Below, in pieces: positions 16,969 through 18,237 of a stretch of DNA of 18,237 nucleotides (position 1 is the stretch's first letter; each line of letters begins with the position of its first letter). The notes below the pieces were generated by a model. The model was not told where the DNA came from and made no database searches. It worked only from the letters and a program-made list of their open reading frames with translations. Made by a program: the position numbers and the translations under genes. This stretch comes from Candidatus Aenigmatarchaeota archaeon (GTDB lineage: Archaea > EX4484-52). Location of the stretch: positions 1 through 18,237 of the forward strand of contig JAGLPV010000029.1 of the NCBI GenBank assembly GCA_023137195.1, given 5' to 3'.

Positions 16969-17937
16969 ATGAATTGGACTACAAGAGGTAATGGCACATG
17001 GGAAAAAGTTGATGAGACATCATTTAAACAATTAGACATAGAGAAAGAGATTAATGGTGAAAAGAAAGCAGTATTTCATCAATACACAGAGATTAACTTT
17101 TCCAACTATAAATTTAGCTGTAATGTTAAATTTCTTGAAATAGGTAAACAACCTAATGGTCAGCAATGGGGAGAGGCAAAATTAATTTTTACAGATGCTG
17201 ATAACTCTGAAAAATTCAGATTAGATTTTATGGATGTATCACCCATTAAAACCTGTTGTCTAACTTATTTTGGATTTCAACAGAATTTCCCCCTAGAAGT
17301 CACTAAAGAAGGTGGCATTAATATTGAATTTTTTCTACGATCAGTCATAAGTTCTGCTGGTGGAAGGAAGATACTTATATCATTAATTGTTGATGGAAAT
17401 GATGTATTTACTAATTTTGAGATTAAAAAAGAATTTAATAAGCATATTGGTATCGGAACGTATCTTGCTAAAGTGCAATTCAACAATATAAAAATTGAGA
17501 AACTACCATCTAAGAAGTGCTTTGTAGTAATGCCTTTTAATTCTAGACGTGACTATATGTATGAAAATGCAATTGTAAAAGCTTTAGAAGAGAAGGATTC
17601 ATTCACATTTGAGAAACCGTACAGGTTAGACAAGAGTTTAAAATCGGGTTCTATTCCAAAAGAATTACAAGAGAAAATCAATGTTGCTGACCTTATTATA
17701 GCTGATATAAGTGAAAAAAATTTGAATGTTTTTTATGAAATTGGTTACTCCTACGCATTAGAAAAAATTACTTTATTATTGAGAGAAGATGGATCTAACT
17801 TTAATATACCCTTTGATATCGTTGGTGACCGCTATGTAAAATACAAACTCCCTATGAAGCAAGAAGACTTAGACCAAGAGATGAAGATTCTTAAAGATAA
17901 GATAAATAATTTCATAAAAACCAATGTTCTAGAATAA
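16969..17937 (+). CDS. Two-domain protein: N-terminal beta-sandwich (concanavalin A-like/DUF1080-like) plus C-terminal nucleoside 2-deoxyribosyltransferase-like domain
   Basis: C-terminal CFVVMPF...I..AD.IIADIS..N.NVFYEIGY..AL.K...IPFDI is the NDT-like pattern. N-terminal W...G.W, F.NY.FS..VK, IGIGT....VQF.NIKI suggests a lectin/glucanase fold (weaker). Sampled lines are about 25-27% GC. Confidence 0.75.
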   Translation: MNWTTRGNGTWEKVDETSFKQLDIEKEINGEKKAVFHQYTEINFSNYKFSCNVKFLEIGKQPNGQQWGEAKLIFTDADNSEKFRLDFMDVSPIKTCCLTYFGFQQNFPLEVTKEGGINIEFFLRSVISSAGGRKILISLIVDGNDVFTNFEIKKEFNKHIGIGTYLAKVQFNNIKIEKLPSKKCFVVMPFNSRRDYMYENAIVKALEEKDSFTFEKPYRLDKSLKSGSIPKELQEKINVADLIIADISEKNLNVFYEIGYSYALEKITLLLREDGSNFNIPFDIVGDRYVKYKLPMKQEDLDQEMKILKDKINNFIKTNVLE

Positions 17938-18001
17938 ATCAGGAAAATCCCCTTTCTCTACAAAACTGTAAGTCTTAGACTGCTGTGTAATGTTGGTTCC
18001 T

Positions 18002-18175
18002 GCGTCATAACTCTTCGTCGCTAACGCTCCTTGTCCTCCCACTCGTCCCTTCGGTCACTCGTAGGTCGGAGGTTAACAGCGATTATCCATTACACTCCGA
18101 CCGCCCACTACGTAGTTGATCTCCGTTCCACCCAATCTGCTCCGCAGGACTTCGGATAATCACGATGTTATACGC
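18002..18175 (+). mobile_element. Compound attC-like element (best-formed site 18071-18173)
   Basis: TAACAGCGATTATCC (18074-88) ... GGATAATCACGATGTTA (18154-70): perfect GATTATCC/GGATAATC boxes and TAAC/GTTA ends. Internal palindrome ACTACGTAGT and hairpin CTGC-tcc-GCAG. About 53% GC over 18001-18180 by hand count. Confidence 0.7.
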
Positions 18176-18199
18176 CCCTACGACTGAAAGGAGGAGAGC

Positions 18200-18237
18200 A
18201 TGGCTGAGTTCAGAAAATATTTTTCGTTCTTATTCAT
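18200..18237 (+). CDS. 5' fragment of a probable next cassette ORF (MAEFRKYFSFLF..., truncated by the window edge)
   Basis: AAGGAGG (18188-94) 5 nt before ATG 18200, about 30 nt after the attC-like GTT. The frame is open to the window end. Confidence 0.5.
   Translation, partial: MAEFRKYFSFLF

Noticed and set aside
17938-18199. GC-rich non-coding stretch as tRNA, RNase P RNA, SRP RNA or group II intron domain V
   Set aside because: I see no cloverleaf, no RNase P GAGGAAAGUCC-like motif, no SRP helix-8 motif and no domain V pattern on either strand. The attC-like boxes explain it better.
16671-18237. CRISPR array or IS element
   Set aside because: No regularly spaced 25-40-bp repeats, and no cas, transposase or integrase ORF within the window.

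Overview
AT-rich archaeal chromosomal segment, probably from a small-genome DPANN-like lineage. That placement is an inference from archaeal-type eL18/eL42/uL3/uL4, a short archaeal/eukaryal TyrRS, TATA-box promoters and fragmented ribosomal operons. Housekeeping and metabolic genes: pdxT-pdxS (-), tyrS, a 592-aa orphan, class II HMG-CoA reductase, a small membrane protein plus a P2A-like P-type ATPase plus an HD protein, a DUF4405-like membrane protein, rpl4-rpl3 (-), a bacterial-style proC-proA-proB operon, and rpl18e-rpl13-rps9-rpl44e. The most striking part starts right after rpl44e. It looks like the start of an integron-like gene-cassette array: an attC-like palindrome (about 16762-16855), a low-GC ORF fusing a lectin-like fold to a nucleoside-deoxyribosyltransferase-like domain, a GC-rich compound attC-like element (about 18002-18175), and the start of a next ORF at the window edge. 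The cassette ORF is additionally enclosed by four nested long-range inverted repeats. No integrase is present in the window. Other oddities are a double-hairpin RNA-like leader before tyrS, a PEGL-to-PNSL change in the ATPase ion-binding helix, and an in-frame AT-rich 216-bp segment bounded by 7-bp direct repeats inside the orphan gene. All calls come from reading the sequence; no searches were run.
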